A DNA stretch of 64,000 nt. Origin: Candidatus Omnitrophota bacterium. GTDB taxonomy: Bacteria > Omnitrophota > Gorgyraeia > DTHP01. The notes under the pieces were generated by a model. The model searched no databases and was not told where the DNA came from. It saw only the letters and a program-made list of their open reading frames with translations. Location of the stretch: positions 66,400 to 130,399 of the forward strand of contig JAMWCW010000001.1 in the NCBI GenBank assembly GCA_023819145.1. Reading direction: 5' to 3'. Each line of letters starts with the position of its first letter. Position 1 is the first letter of the stretch. The position numbers and the translations under genes were made by a program. Positions 31,923 to 42,349 of the stretch are shown piece by piece.

Positions 31923-34109
31923 ATGAAGAAAGGTTTATTAAGGAAAGGAACCTTCATCGGGTTTCTTTTTTTATTGTTCTGGACAAGTAAGGTGAAGGGA
32001 GAAAAACAGGAAAGGAGTTTGGATAGTATAGAGCTAAAAGAACGGAATGAAGGGATACGGTTGATTATCTTGACCGACCAACCAGTAGAATATTCAGTGT
32101 ATGAAACCGACCTTCCTCCACGGCTGATTGTTGACCTCATCGGTACAGATATTTATGCCCATTCTAGAGTACCTTCTCATCTTGTGGTAGATAAATCACA
32201 ACTTAGGGCGGTGAACTTGCGTTGGTATGGCAAGCCTCCAGAAAAAGAAGGAGAACGGGCAAAAGTAGATTTGATAGAGTTTTTGCTAAAGAAAAAAGTT
32301 AAATATAAAGTGCTTAAACAAAATAACCGGATTATCGTAGATTTGGATTTACCGGGTTTTGTGCCTACGAAAGAGATAACGGAGGAGAAAGAAGTAAAAA
32401 CCCCTTTAGTAAATTTAGAACCCAGATTTCTGGAAGAAACCGAGGGTTGGGAAAAATGGATGGACATTGCCCTTGCCAATTACAAACCACTCCATATCGC
32501 TTATGAACAGGTGGAACTGGCACAGATAAAGGTGCGCGAAGCAAGAAGAATGCTTTTCCCGATTACGGTGATTAAGGCTGGACGCACCCGCGGTGATACT
32601 TCCGTAAGGGATGTCAGTTTTACGGAACAATCCTTTGGGATTCAGATGGAACAACCCATTAGCCAGGGAGGAGAACTGCGTTATAAATTGGAACAGGCTC
32701 TGGTTAATATGGATATTGCTCAGCGCGAGTATGAGCGGATAAAGGCAGATTATATGCTGGAAGTGAAACGCGCCTATTACAATTTACTGATTTATATTAT
32801 GAATGCAAAAATTTATGAAGATATTTTTAAGGAAGCAAATGATTTTTTGGAAATGGCCAAAAACCACTATGAAAAGAAATTAATTACCCAGTTGGAATTC
32901 CTCAATGTCCAGTCCCTCTATAGCCAGATTAAATACCAGCTGGTGGCTGCCCAGAAAGACCGCACCTTGGCAGAGCTTACTTTCAAACAAGTGCTAAACT
33001 TAGACCCCACGGTTACGCTGGAGCTTGAAGGCTGGTTAAAATTTGAAAAGCTTAATTTACACTTAGAACGGTGCAAGGAAATTGCTTTTAAGAAGAGGCC
33101 AGAGTTATCCATTAATGAGTTGATTGTCCGCTTTAATGAGTTAGGACAGAAAGCAGCAGATTCCAAAGAGAAACTTAAAGTTAGTCTAAGCGGATATTTG
33201 GGCACTACGGGAAGTGCCTATGATACTGAAGAGTTAAAGATGAAATCTGACTGGTTTCTAGGGCTTAAACTGAGCAAGGCATTTGGAGGGAATACCTTAA
33301 ATACCTCCCTGGTCAAGGAAGAGACGGTTCCTCGGCTTTCTCTTTCCCAGGAAAAAACCGGGAGTATAAGCGCCTCTGCAGAGTTTAATCTCTTAGATGG
33401 ACTTAGTCGTTTATCAGAGAAAAAAGGAGCCAGCGTAGAATATCTGCGCGCGGTGAATGAATTGTGGGAGGTGAAAAAGACTGTGGAATCAGAAGTGGTC
33501 AGTTCTTTTAACGAGTATCAGAAAGCCCTTTATCAATTAGATAATGTCTGGGAACGTATCCAGTTTCAGAAGAAGCGCGTGGATGTGACGGAGGCGCGCT
33601 GGAAACTGAATGAGGCAGGTATTTCTGATGTGCTGGAAGCAAAGATTGCCCTTGCTTCGGAAAAAGCATATTACAATAATCTCTTAGCCAATTACTATGG
33701 GGCGTTGAGCACGCTTACAAAAGCGTGCGGTCTGTATAAATATGCGGAGTTGATTCAAGGAGCTTCTCCGGAAATATTCTGGCATCGGGTAGCGGGAACA
33801 GAGGAACTTGATTATACCCAACTGCATAAGGAAGTTTTTCTTCCTAAGGGCGAGAAAATAGTCAAAATTGAGGACCTTCCCGGAGGGAAAATTATTGCGG
33901 TAAATAACGAAAGTGGTTTTGCCATCATTAATCTCGGTCAGGACCAGGGTGTAAGAGAAGGAGCAGAGTTGTGGGTGTATCGCCGGAAGGAAAAGGTGGG
34001 AGTATTAAAAGTCAGTAAGACCAAAAATGCTACTTCTTCTTGTAGGATTGCCCGTGCGGAAGCAGGAGAGAAAATTAGATTAGGGGATGAAGTAAAGGTA
34101 ATACCTTAG
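31923..34109 (+). CDS. TolC-family outer membrane efflux protein with an N-terminal AMIN domain and a small extra C-terminal beta domain
   Basis: The RBS caggaggg precedes ATG 31923. The AMIN pattern is IRLIILTDQPVEYSVYETDLPPRLIVDLIG...NRIIVDL. A long two-repeat OEP-like helical region follows. The C-terminus reads GKIIAVNNESGFAIINLGQDQGVREGAELWVY. Confidence 0.65.
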   Translation: MKKGLLRKGTFIGFLFLLFWTSKVKGEKQERSLDSIELKERNEGIRLIILTDQPVEYSVYETDLPPRLIVDLIGTDIYAHSRVPSHLVVDKSQLRAVNLRWYGKPPEKEGERAKVDLIEFLLKKKVKYKVLKQNNRIIVDLDLPGFVPTKEITEEKEVKTPLVNLEPRFLEETEGWEKWMDIALANYKPLHIAYEQVELAQIKVREARRMLFPITVIKAGRTRGDTSVRDVSFTEQSFGIQMEQPISQGGELRYKLEQALVNMDIAQREYERIKADYMLEVKRAYYNLLIYIMNAKIYEDIFKEANDFLEMAKNHYEKKLITQLEFLNVQSLYSQIKYQLVAAQKDRTLAELTFKQVLNLDPTVTLELEGWLKFEKLNLHLERCKEIAFKKRPELSINELIVRFNELGQKAADSKEKLKVSLSGYLGTTGSAYDTEELKMKSDWFLGLKLSKAFGGNTLNTSLVKEETVPRLSLSQEKTGSISASAEFNLLDGLSRLSEKKGASVEYLRAVNELWEVKKTVESEVVSSFNEYQKALYQLDNVWERIQFQKKRVDVTEARWKLNEAGISDVLEAKIALASEKAYYNNLLANYYGALSTLTKACGLYKYAELIQGASPEIFWHRVAGTEELDYTQLHKEVFLPKGEKIVKIEDLPGGKIIAVNNESGFAIINLGQDQGVREGAELWVYRRKEKVGVLKVSKTKNATSSCRIARAEAGEKIRLGDEVKVIP

Positions 34110-34142
34110 GTAAAATCAAAAATTAGCAAAAGGAGGAGAAAA

Positions 34143-35411
34143 ATGGCAAAAATGTCTCCTAAGAATTTAAGGATTGTAATTTTGATACTTATGGTGGTGT
34201 TAGTGATGGTTTTAGCGAAGAAATTAGCCAAGCCACCTCCGCAACCCCCAAAAGGGAGGACTACTGCTACTAAGGTTAGTCCCAAACTTACGCGGGGCGC
34301 AGAAGTGAAAAAGGAAGAAAAAAAGAAGAAAAAAGAGGAAAAAGCACCTCAGATTCCTTCTGCCTTGGAACAATTGCTGATGGGCACGGGTGAGGCAGAG
34401 AAAATTCCCGTTAAAGTTTATAAAATCTCCCGCACCGATTTTCAGGATGAACTGCCCATTGTGGGAACAGTAAGGAGTATTCCGGAGATAGACCTGAAGT
34501 TTGAGATAAATGGCAGAGTGGCAGAAATCCGGTTTAAGGAAGGAGAGCGGGTGAAAAAAGGAGAGCTTATTGCCCGGTTAGACCAAAAAGATGCCCAGTT
34601 AGAACTCTCTTGGGCAGAGGCAAAATATAATGCGGCGTTAGCAGAGGCAGAAGCAGTAAAGAAACGTGCAGAGACTATTGAGAAATTGTATGAAGTAGGG
34701 GCAATTGTAGAAGCACGGGTGGAAGAAGCAAGAGCAGAAGTCAAAGCCTCAGAAGAAAGAGCCAAAGTAGCAAAGGCAGAAGTAGAATCGGCTAAATCAA
34801 GACTGGAAAAGACTAATCTCTATGCTTCTCAAAATGGGATTATGGGCCCCCGGGACCTAGATGTAGGAGAGTTTGTTACCCCCAATGAACGTTTGGGAAC
34901 GCTTTTTAGTGAAGAGAATACTTTTATTGAAGTGGGGGTGATTGAAAAAGATATAGGTAAAGTTCAGACGGGTCAGAGGGTCATTGTAAATGTTGACGCT
35001 TATCCCTATACTGATTTCTATGGAGTAGTAGAAAATATCTTTCCTAACTTAGAAGCACGTACCCGCACCTTGAATGTACGCATCAGACTTATAGAAACCA
35101 AAACGACGCTTCTTCCAGGAATGTTTGCCCGGACAAGGATTGTGGTCTATACGAAAAAGAATGCCTTGGTTGTTCCCAGCACCGCACTGTCAGTAGAAGG
35201 GAGAAGATATTTTGTTCCCGTTGTTAAGGATAATCGGGTAAGGAATAAAGAAGTGTTTACCGAGTATGCCACGTTAGACTATGCAGTGATTGCCCGTGGA
35301 TTGGAAGAAGGGGAATTGGTTATTGTTGAGACGCCGGGATTAAAGAAATTAAAAGACGGAACTCCTGTGGAGATTACCGAGACCCAAGAGAAATTGGCCT
35401 CGGGTAAATAG
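34143..35411 (+). CDS. RND efflux periplasmic adaptor (membrane fusion protein, HlyD family)
   Basis: It has an N-terminal TM, a coiled-coil hairpin (AEAKYNAALAEAEAVKKRAE...) and lipoyl/beta-barrel-like flanks. It sits between the TolC and RND genes. Confidence 0.75.
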   Translation: MAKMSPKNLRIVILILMVVLVMVLAKKLAKPPPQPPKGRTTATKVSPKLTRGAEVKKEEKKKKKEEKAPQIPSALEQLLMGTGEAEKIPVKVYKISRTDFQDELPIVGTVRSIPEIDLKFEINGRVAEIRFKEGERVKKGELIARLDQKDAQLELSWAEAKYNAALAEAEAVKKRAETIEKLYEVGAIVEARVEEARAEVKASEERAKVAKAEVESAKSRLEKTNLYASQNGIMGPRDLDVGEFVTPNERLGTLFSEENTFIEVGVIEKDIGKVQTGQRVIVNVDAYPYTDFYGVVENIFPNLEARTRTLNVRIRLIETKTTLLPGMFARTRIVVYTKKNALVVPSTALSVEGRRYFVPVVKDNRVRNKEVFTEYATLDYAVIARGLEEGELVIVETPGLKKLKDGTPVEITETQEKLASGK

Positions 35412-35470
35412 TATTTTTGGTTAAATAGTTAAATTGGTTAGATGGGTAAATAGTTAAAAGGTTAAATAGT
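35403..35470. repeat. intergenic stutter of four GGT(T)AAATAGT words
   Basis: The words are gggtaaatagt, ggttaaatagt, gggtaaatagt and ggttaaatagt, starting near 35403, 35419, 35445 and 35460. Confidence 0.6.
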
Positions 35471-35495
35471 CAATTAGTTGATTTAATTTGCGAAG

Positions 35496-38400
35496 ATGAG
35501 ATTACCTGAGTTTTCAGTAAGAAAGCCGGTTACGGTAACCATGATTTTTCTGGGAGTGGCGCTTTTAGGATACATTTCCTGGACAAGACTTCCCCAAGCA
35601 CTTTTTCCTGCCATTACTTATCCCCAGATTACAGTAGTTACCGTTTACGAAAACGCTGCTCCCGAAGAGGTAGAGATTCTTATCACCAAAGTTATTGAAG
35701 AGGTGGTAGGTACTGTACCTAATCTTAAACGCATTTCTTCTATCTCCAAAGAGGGTCTTTCCACAATTATTCTAGAATTTAACTGGGGAACCAATATGGA
35801 TTTGGCTTCTTTGGCAGTGCGGGAGAAAATTGATTTAATTAAAGAAAGACTTCCCTTAGGCGCGCAAGACCCGATTGTAATGAAATATAATCCTTTTGAA
35901 CTTCCGGTAGTGATTCTTTCGGTTACCGGACCAATCAGCCCTCTGGAATTACGCGAGGTCTGCCGTAAGGTAATCAAAGATGAAATAGAAAAAATTGAGG
36001 GTGTTGCCTCCGCAAACATTACCGGAGGATGGGAAAGGGAAATCATCGTGGAAGTTGACCAAGGAAGACTTTCCGCAAACGGAATTCCTATTTTGCGCAT
36101 TGTTAATGCCTTGAAGGAAACAAATTTTTCTTTTCCTGCAGGGACAATAAAGGAGACATTTTTTGAGTATCTGATTCGCACCATGGGAGAATTCGAAAGG
36201 GTTAATGAAGTAAAGAGTGTGGTAATCGAAGCAATGGAACCCAACCCACCAAAGACTCGTTACGAAATGTTCTTGCAGGAAAGAGAGAAGAAAGAAAAAG
36301 ATAGACGCCTGATTTCTCTTTCCGATTTAGCCACGGTAAGAGATGCTTGGAAGGAACAAACCTCCATCTCCCGCTACAACGGCAAAGACAATGTGACGGT
36401 TTCGGTAATGAAACAGGCGGATGCCAATGTTGTGCTTACCGCACGTAAGGTAAGAGAGGTTTTGGAGAAGATTAAAGATAGAATTCCTAAACAATTGAAT
36501 GTAGAAGTTATCTATGACCAGTCGGAATTTATCCGCGCTTCCATCCAGGATTTAAAGACAAATGCCTGGCAGGGAGGCGTGCTTGCCTTTTTAGTACTTT
36601 TGTTATTCTTGCGCGAGTTCCGTAGTTCTTTGATTATCAGTCTCTCCATACCTGTTTCCATTATGGCTGCGCTGTGCATGATGTATTTTCAGGGCATAAG
36701 TATCAATATGATGTCCCTAGGAGGATTGGCTTTAGGAGTGGGAATGATTGTAGATAATTCCATCGTTGTTTTGGAAAACATTTATCGTTATCGCAAACAG
36801 TATGGCAAAGGATTTAGGGAAGCAGTTATTTTGGGAGCAACCGAGATGGGCTCGGCAATTACCGGTTCGACATTGACTACCGTTGTCGTTTTTGTTCCCC
36901 TAATCTATGTGGTGGGAATTGCCGGGCAACTTTTCCGAGAAATGGCTTTGACCATTACCTACTCTTTGCTTATTTCTTTGGTTGTTGCTTTGACGCTTGT
37001 TCCTCGTCTGGCAGCAATAGGTAGCGAAAAAAAAGAGATAGAGATTAGTAAAGAGGTAAGGAAAAAAGAGCCAAAATTCTTCTTAAAGATCGGTAATGCC
37101 TATGCAAGACTAATTGCTATTTTTTTAAAATTTCGTTTTATAGGTCTTTTTCTCATTGGACTTGTTTTTATTTTGAGTATTGGGATGCTTGCTAAATCGG
37201 ACCGAGAATTGTTGCCCAAAATTGATGAGAGGCAGTTTGTTCTGAAATTAGAGATGCAGACCGGAACAAAATTAGAAGTAACCGACCGAATATGCCGAGA
37301 GGTGGAGAAAGCACTTTTAAGTATTCCCGATATAGAAGGCGTAAGTTTGGCTATCGGTTCTACACGTGAGGAAAGAACCGGTGAAGTGGTGGAGACGATG
37401 GGTTCGCACCAAGCACGCTTTGTTGTGAATTTAAAGAAAGTGAATCGCCGGGACCCTGGTTATCGCTCGACGCAAGAGATAATTAATGTTTTCCAGGAGG
37501 AATTGGCGCATGCAAATTTGGAAGGAGCGCGTCTGGAGTATATTTTGCAAGAAAGTGTGTTCAAGATGGCTTTTCAGGCAGGTAAACCCATAAGTTTAGA
37601 AATAAAAGGGCATGATTTAAAAACTCTGGAAGCAATTTCCAAAGATATGGAGAAAATGTTGCAAGGAATTTCTGGGGTTTATGGAGTTACTTCCTCACTC
37701 GCTCCTCCCCATCCTGAAACAAAAGTCAATGTTTTAAAAGATAAGGCAGCTTACTATAATCTCTCGGTAAACGATATCGCTATGTCTGCCCAAGTGGCTA
37801 TCAAAGGACATGTCGCCACCAAGTTTAAAGAAATGGGGCAGGAATATGATATAAGAGTGCGATTGAGGGAAGAGGACAGGAATGAGATGAATAAACTAAG
37901 GCAGATATTGATTCATTCTAATGCGCTTGATGTGGATATTCCGCTTTCTGATGTTGCCTATATTGTTTCCGGAACCGGTCCAAGTCAGATTGAAAGATTA
38001 GACCAGCAGAGAGTAATCGTCCTTTCTGCTAATATTTATAAACGTGGATTTGATAAAGTGGCGAAGGACATTGAATCTGCTTTATCCCGCTACAGGATAC
38101 CCGAGGGATTTACTATAAAGTTGGGAGGCGAGCGTAAGGATATGGAAGAATCTTTTAAATCATTGCGTTTTGCCCTTATCCTTTCACTTATTCTCAACTA
38201 TATGGTTATGGCTTCGGAATTCGAATCTTTATGGCAACCGTTTATTATTATGTTCAATCTTCCTCTATCAATAATCGGTGTTGCCTTGGCAATATTTTTC
38301 ACCCGTACCACTTTAAATTCGGTGGTGATTTTAGGAACGATTATGTTGGGAGGAATTGTGGTTAATAATGGAATTGTTTTAATCGAGACGATAAACAGCC

Positions 38401-39026
38401 TCCGTAAGGAAGGGATGGTTGTAGAGAAGGCTTTAATCCAGGCAGGATTACAGAGGGTGCGTCCGATTATGATGACCTCGTTGACTACAATATTGGGACT
38501 ACTTCCGCTTGCTTTGGGTTTAGGAGAGGGAGCTGAATTGCGTGCGCCGATGGCAATTACGGTTATTGGAGGGCTATTATCCGGAACATTCTTGACCCTT
38601 TTGGTGATTCCAGCTCTCTATTTAATCGTGTTTAGATTCTTTGCCCTCTTTAGAAAGAAGGAGGTTTTAGTAGAGATTGAGCCGCCGGAAATAATTCACG
38701 AAGGCGTAAAGCCCATTCCTGTAGAAATAACCCCGGAGGTAAAAATACTACCTGAGAAAGAAACAGTTCCTCAAATTTCCGGCATTCCTTTTGCCGAAGA
38801 GAAACTTCCTTTAGTGGAAGAGGAGAAACTCGGCGGATTGAACGAACGTCAGAAAAAGTTTTTAGCAGAGTTAAAGACAAAAATTCGTCTTACACGCAAA
38901 GATTATATTAAATTATTTAATGTTTCTATGCCCACTGCTGCACGGGATATTAAGATTTTGGTAGAAAAAGGTTTTATCCGTGCTAAAGGTCCTGCAGGAC
39001 CGGGGAGATGGTATGAACTGACATAA
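35496..39026 (+). CDS. RND (AcrB/HAE-type) efflux permease with a C-terminal linker and winged-HTH extension
   Basis: It has the typical RND N-terminus (FSVRKPVTVTMIFLGVALLG), 12-TM topology and two large loops. The extra tail at aa 1115-1176 reads LNERQKKFLAELKTKIRLTRKDYIKLFNVSMPTAARDIKILVEKGFIRAKG. Confidence 0.8.
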   Translation: MRLPEFSVRKPVTVTMIFLGVALLGYISWTRLPQALFPAITYPQITVVTVYENAAPEEVEILITKVIEEVVGTVPNLKRISSISKEGLSTIILEFNWGTNMDLASLAVREKIDLIKERLPLGAQDPIVMKYNPFELPVVILSVTGPISPLELREVCRKVIKDEIEKIEGVASANITGGWEREIIVEVDQGRLSANGIPILRIVNALKETNFSFPAGTIKETFFEYLIRTMGEFERVNEVKSVVIEAMEPNPPKTRYEMFLQEREKKEKDRRLISLSDLATVRDAWKEQTSISRYNGKDNVTVSVMKQADANVVLTARKVREVLEKIKDRIPKQLNVEVIYDQSEFIRASIQDLKTNAWQGGVLAFLVLLLFLREFRSSLIISLSIPVSIMAALCMMYFQGISINMMSLGGLALGVGMIVDNSIVVLENIYRYRKQYGKGFREAVILGATEMGSAITGSTLTTVVVFVPLIYVVGIAGQLFREMALTITYSLLISLVVALTLVPRLAAIGSEKKEIEISKEVRKKEPKFFLKIGNAYARLIAIFLKFRFIGLFLIGLVFILSIGMLAKSDRELLPKIDERQFVLKLEMQTGTKLEVTDRICREVEKALLSIPDIEGVSLAIGSTREERTGEVVETMGSHQARFVVNLKKVNRRDPGYRSTQEIINVFQEELAHANLEGARLEYILQESVFKMAFQAGKPISLEIKGHDLKTLEAISKDMEKMLQGISGVYGVTSSLAPPHPETKVNVLKDKAAYYNLSVNDIAMSAQVAIKGHVATKFKEMGQEYDIRVRLREEDRNEMNKLRQILIHSNALDVDIPLSDVAYIVSGTGPSQIERLDQQRVIVLSANIYKRGFDKVAKDIESALSRYRIPEGFTIKLGGERKDMEESFKSLRFALILSLILNYMVMASEFESLWQPFIIMFNLPLSIIGVALAIFFTRTTLNSVVILGTIMLGGIVVNNGIVLIETINSLRKEGMVVEKALIQAGLQRVRPIMMTSLTTILGLLPLALGLGEGAELRAPMAITVIGGLLSGTFLTLLVIPALYLIVFRFFALFRKKEVLVEIEPPEIIHEGVKPIPVEITPEVKILPEKETVPQISGIPFAEEKLPLVEEEKLGGLNERQKKFLAELKTKIRLTRKDYIKLFNVSMPTAARDIKILVEKGFIRAKGPAGPGRWYELT

Positions 39027-39096
39027 ATTCGAAGCACGAAATCCGAAGCTTGAAACAGGAAATTTAAAACTAGAAACTCTCGTTCCTTTGGGGCGA

Positions 39097-39172
39097 TGTA
39101 ATTTGTAAATCGTAAACCGTAATTCAGGAAAACGAACCCGAAGAACAGAACTGACTGAACGAGCTAACGAAC
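39097..39172. repeat. intergenic stutter sharing words with 3794-3895 (GTAAT/GTAAA array, then AACGAAC words)
   Basis: The sequence reads tgtaatttgtaaatcgtaaaccgtaattc, then aaacgaaccc, ctgaacgagctaacgaacc. The word cgtaaaccgtaat occurs in both arrays. Confidence 0.55.
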
Positions 39173-39196
39173 CAAAGGGAGTTAACATTAAGTAAA

Positions 39197-42100
39197 ATGA
39201 ATCTGCCAAAATTATCCATTCATCGGCCAGTTACTTTTACCATGGTTTTCTGGGGAATAATTCTTGTAGGCATAGTTTCCCTACAGCGTTTGCCTGTAGA
39301 GATGATGCCCAATGTAGCTTTTGAAGATATCTCCATAATTATTCAGATTCGAGGAGGAATTCCTCCTTCTGATGTAGAGATGCTGGTTACTAAGCCAGTG
39401 GAAGAGGCGGTTGGTGGTGTGAGTCACTTAAGGGAAATTATTTCTATCTCTGAGGAGGGAGAGTCGCGGGTGGTTTTAAGGTTTGAGCCCGGAACCAATA
39501 TGGATTTTGCCGCATTAGAGGTGAGAGAAAAATTTTCACGTATTGTTGATAAACTTCCCCGAGAAATTGAAAAGCCAGTGATTGCAAAATATCAAAAGAC
39601 TGATGTTCCAATAGTTATTCTTGCCGTTACCGGAATAGGTTATACTCCGGAAATTTTAAGACGCTTGGTAGATGAGAAGATAAAAGAGCGTTTTCAGCGT
39701 TTGGAAGGGGTGGCTAATGTGGAAGTAGTGGGAGGGAGAGAAAGGAAAATTCTCATTGAGGCAAGACAAGATGACTTACAGAGATACGGGATTCCCTTAG
39801 GCCGTGTGCTTAATATTTTAAATTTGAACAATCTTAATCTTCTGGCGGGAGAGATAAAGAGGGAAAGAGATAAATTTCTTATTCGCACGATGGGACAATA
39901 TGAAAATATTTCTGATATTGAGAATTTGGGAGTGGGGGTTTCTCATCAGGGTTCAGTAATCAGACTTAGAGATGTTGCTTTTGTGAAGGACTCTTTTCTT
40001 GAACCCATAGATTTGGCACGTGTGGATATCCAGCCGGTAGTTTCTTTGTATCTCCAGAAAGAATCAACTGCTAATACCGTTAAGGTAGTTGAATCGATAA
40101 AAAAAGAAATTGAAGAAACCCGCTTCATTATTCCTAAGGATATTGTAATGAAACTGACTTACAATCAAGCGGAGGCAATTCGTGATGCTATTTCTGCGGT
40201 AAAGAGTTCACTTTTCTGGGGAGGTATTTTGGCGATTATAGTACTTTTCTTTTTCTTGTGGGATTTGAAATCAACTTTAATTATTGGTATTTCTATTCCG
40301 GTTTCTGTCATCGCTACTTTTGCTTTTATGTTTTTTGCTAAACTTACTTTGAATGTTATGACTTTGAGTGGGCTTGCTTTAGGCATAGGGATGTTGGTGG
40401 ATAATTCTGTCGTGGTTTTGGATAATATTTTTAAAAAAAGAGAAGTCGGCCTTTCGCAGAAAAAGGCTGCAGAAGAGGGCAGTTCTGAAGTAACTTTGGC
40501 GATAACTGCTTCTACCCTTACCACGATCGTAGTTTTTTTGCCGATTGTTTTTGTAAATAAAGAGATTAGACTTCTGTATGTAGGGCTTTCCTTAACGGTG
40601 GTTTTTTCCCTGCTTGCCTCGTTGTTTGTGGCAATATCTTTTATACCGCTTTTGGGTTCGCGTTTAGTGATGCGTTCATACGGAAGGAAGATAGAAAATG
40701 TTCCCCGTGCGAGGAGATATTTTATAAAAATAAAGAAATTTTATCGAAACGCTTTAGCTAAAGCTCTCCATTTTCGTTATGCAATAGTGCTCGTTGCCTT
40801 CCTGCTTTTTATTTTTGCTCTCAAGATGGGGAAAAATTTAAAAACCGAGTTTATCGGAGTAACAGAACAAAATGAATTCACCATCCATGTGCAATTACCG
40901 GTGGGAGCGAAATTGGATGTTTCGGATAAGTGCGTAGAGCAGATAGAAAGGGTAGCCAAGGAGCTTCCTGAAGTCAGAACAATTTCTTCGCGCATTGAGC
41001 GCTGGTCTTCAAAAATATATGTAAGACTCTATCCTTTAGCCCAACGTGCAAGGTCTACCCAGGAGATTATTAATGAACTCCGTCCCAGAACTGAGGAGAT
41101 TGAACGTTACTATGATGCCTTCATCTATTTTGAAGAACCTCAGGAAGTAGGGACACGGGAAGTTTTTTTAGATGTGTTTGGTTATGATTATGAAGTATTG
41201 AAGAATCTTGCCATTGCTATGGCAAGTAAACTCCAGACAGTAAAAGGAATGACCGATGTCAAGATAAGAATGCGCGAAGGACGGCCAGAACTGCGATTAT
41301 TTATTGATAAAGAAAAAGCAGCTTCATTTGGGTTAAATATCGAAGATATTTCTACCACCATTCATGGACAGATGCGTGGTTTGCGTGCTACCTATTACCA
41401 TACGGAAGCAAAAGAGGTGGAAATAGTAGTGCGTCTTCATGAAGACGACCGTCGGCGGTTTAAAGATTTACATCGTCTTATTCTTACCTCTCGCGATGGA
41501 AATAGTGTTTATCTTAACCAGATTGCGAATTTTCGTTTTGATATCGGTCCGAGTGAAATCTGGCGCAAGAATAAACAGAGGATGGTTCAGGTGAGTGGAA
41601 GCAGAGGTTCTATGTCTTTGAAAGAAGCGGGTGAGAAAATTAAAGAGGCCTTAAAGAGCGTGGAATTTCCCAAAGACTATTTTTATCGCTTTGGTGGTGA
41701 TTATGAGAAAATGTTGAAAAATCAGAAAGAATTTACTTTTGCTATATTTTTAACTTTATTTTTGGTATACTTAGTAATGGCTTGTTTATTTGAGTCATAT
41801 GCTCAACCGTTAATTATTATGATGACAGTTCCTTTGGCAGCGATTGGTGTGGTTTCTATAATGCGAATTACGGATACTTCTATAAATATTGGCGCGCTGA
41901 TTGGATTTATGATGTTAGGGGGAATTGTGGTGAACAACGCCATAGTTTTAATTGATTTTATTAATTTAAAATTGCAAAATAAGAAGCATAAAAGGTATAA
42001 TTTACTCAAAGCTTTGATTTTTGCGGGAGAGGATAGGTTGCGTCCGATACTTATGACTACCATTACTACTTTATTGGGACTTACGCCGATGGCCCTTGAC

Positions 42101-42295
42101 CGTTCGGAGTCCGCAAGTCTCTGGTCTCCTCTAGCGATTACCGTTATGGGAGGTTTGACAAGTTCTACTTTTTTGACCCTTTTTATTATTCCCAGCTTAT
42201 TCTTGATTTTTGAAGACATAAAGAAATTTATATTGGCAGTTGTAATTGAAAGAAAGCCTTTGCTGAGTCTGAAACTTCTGCGAAGGACTACATAA
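39197..42295 (+). CDS. second RND efflux permease
   Basis: The N-terminus is LSIHRPVTFTMVFWGIILVG. The architecture is the RND 12-TM type, at 1032 aa. Confidence 0.8.
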   Translation: MNLPKLSIHRPVTFTMVFWGIILVGIVSLQRLPVEMMPNVAFEDISIIIQIRGGIPPSDVEMLVTKPVEEAVGGVSHLREIISISEEGESRVVLRFEPGTNMDFAALEVREKFSRIVDKLPREIEKPVIAKYQKTDVPIVILAVTGIGYTPEILRRLVDEKIKERFQRLEGVANVEVVGGRERKILIEARQDDLQRYGIPLGRVLNILNLNNLNLLAGEIKRERDKFLIRTMGQYENISDIENLGVGVSHQGSVIRLRDVAFVKDSFLEPIDLARVDIQPVVSLYLQKESTANTVKVVESIKKEIEETRFIIPKDIVMKLTYNQAEAIRDAISAVKSSLFWGGILAIIVLFFFLWDLKSTLIIGISIPVSVIATFAFMFFAKLTLNVMTLSGLALGIGMLVDNSVVVLDNIFKKREVGLSQKKAAEEGSSEVTLAITASTLTTIVVFLPIVFVNKEIRLLYVGLSLTVVFSLLASLFVAISFIPLLGSRLVMRSYGRKIENVPRARRYFIKIKKFYRNALAKALHFRYAIVLVAFLLFIFALKMGKNLKTEFIGVTEQNEFTIHVQLPVGAKLDVSDKCVEQIERVAKELPEVRTISSRIERWSSKIYVRLYPLAQRARSTQEIINELRPRTEEIERYYDAFIYFEEPQEVGTREVFLDVFGYDYEVLKNLAIAMASKLQTVKGMTDVKIRMREGRPELRLFIDKEKAASFGLNIEDISTTIHGQMRGLRATYYHTEAKEVEIVVRLHEDDRRRFKDLHRLILTSRDGNSVYLNQIANFRFDIGPSEIWRKNKQRMVQVSGSRGSMSLKEAGEKIKEALKSVEFPKDYFYRFGGDYEKMLKNQKEFTFAIFLTLFLVYLVMACLFESYAQPLIIMMTVPLAAIGVVSIMRITDTSINIGALIGFMMLGGIVVNNAIVLIDFINLKLQNKKHKRYNLLKALIFAGEDRLRPILMTTITTLLGLTPMALDRSESASLWSPLAITVMGGLTSSTFLTLFIIPSLFLIFEDIKKFILAVVIERKPLLSLKLLRRTT

Positions 42296-42349
42296 TAAAT
42301 AACAATAGTTTAAATATATAACAATTTAGCAGTTTAACAATTTAAGACG

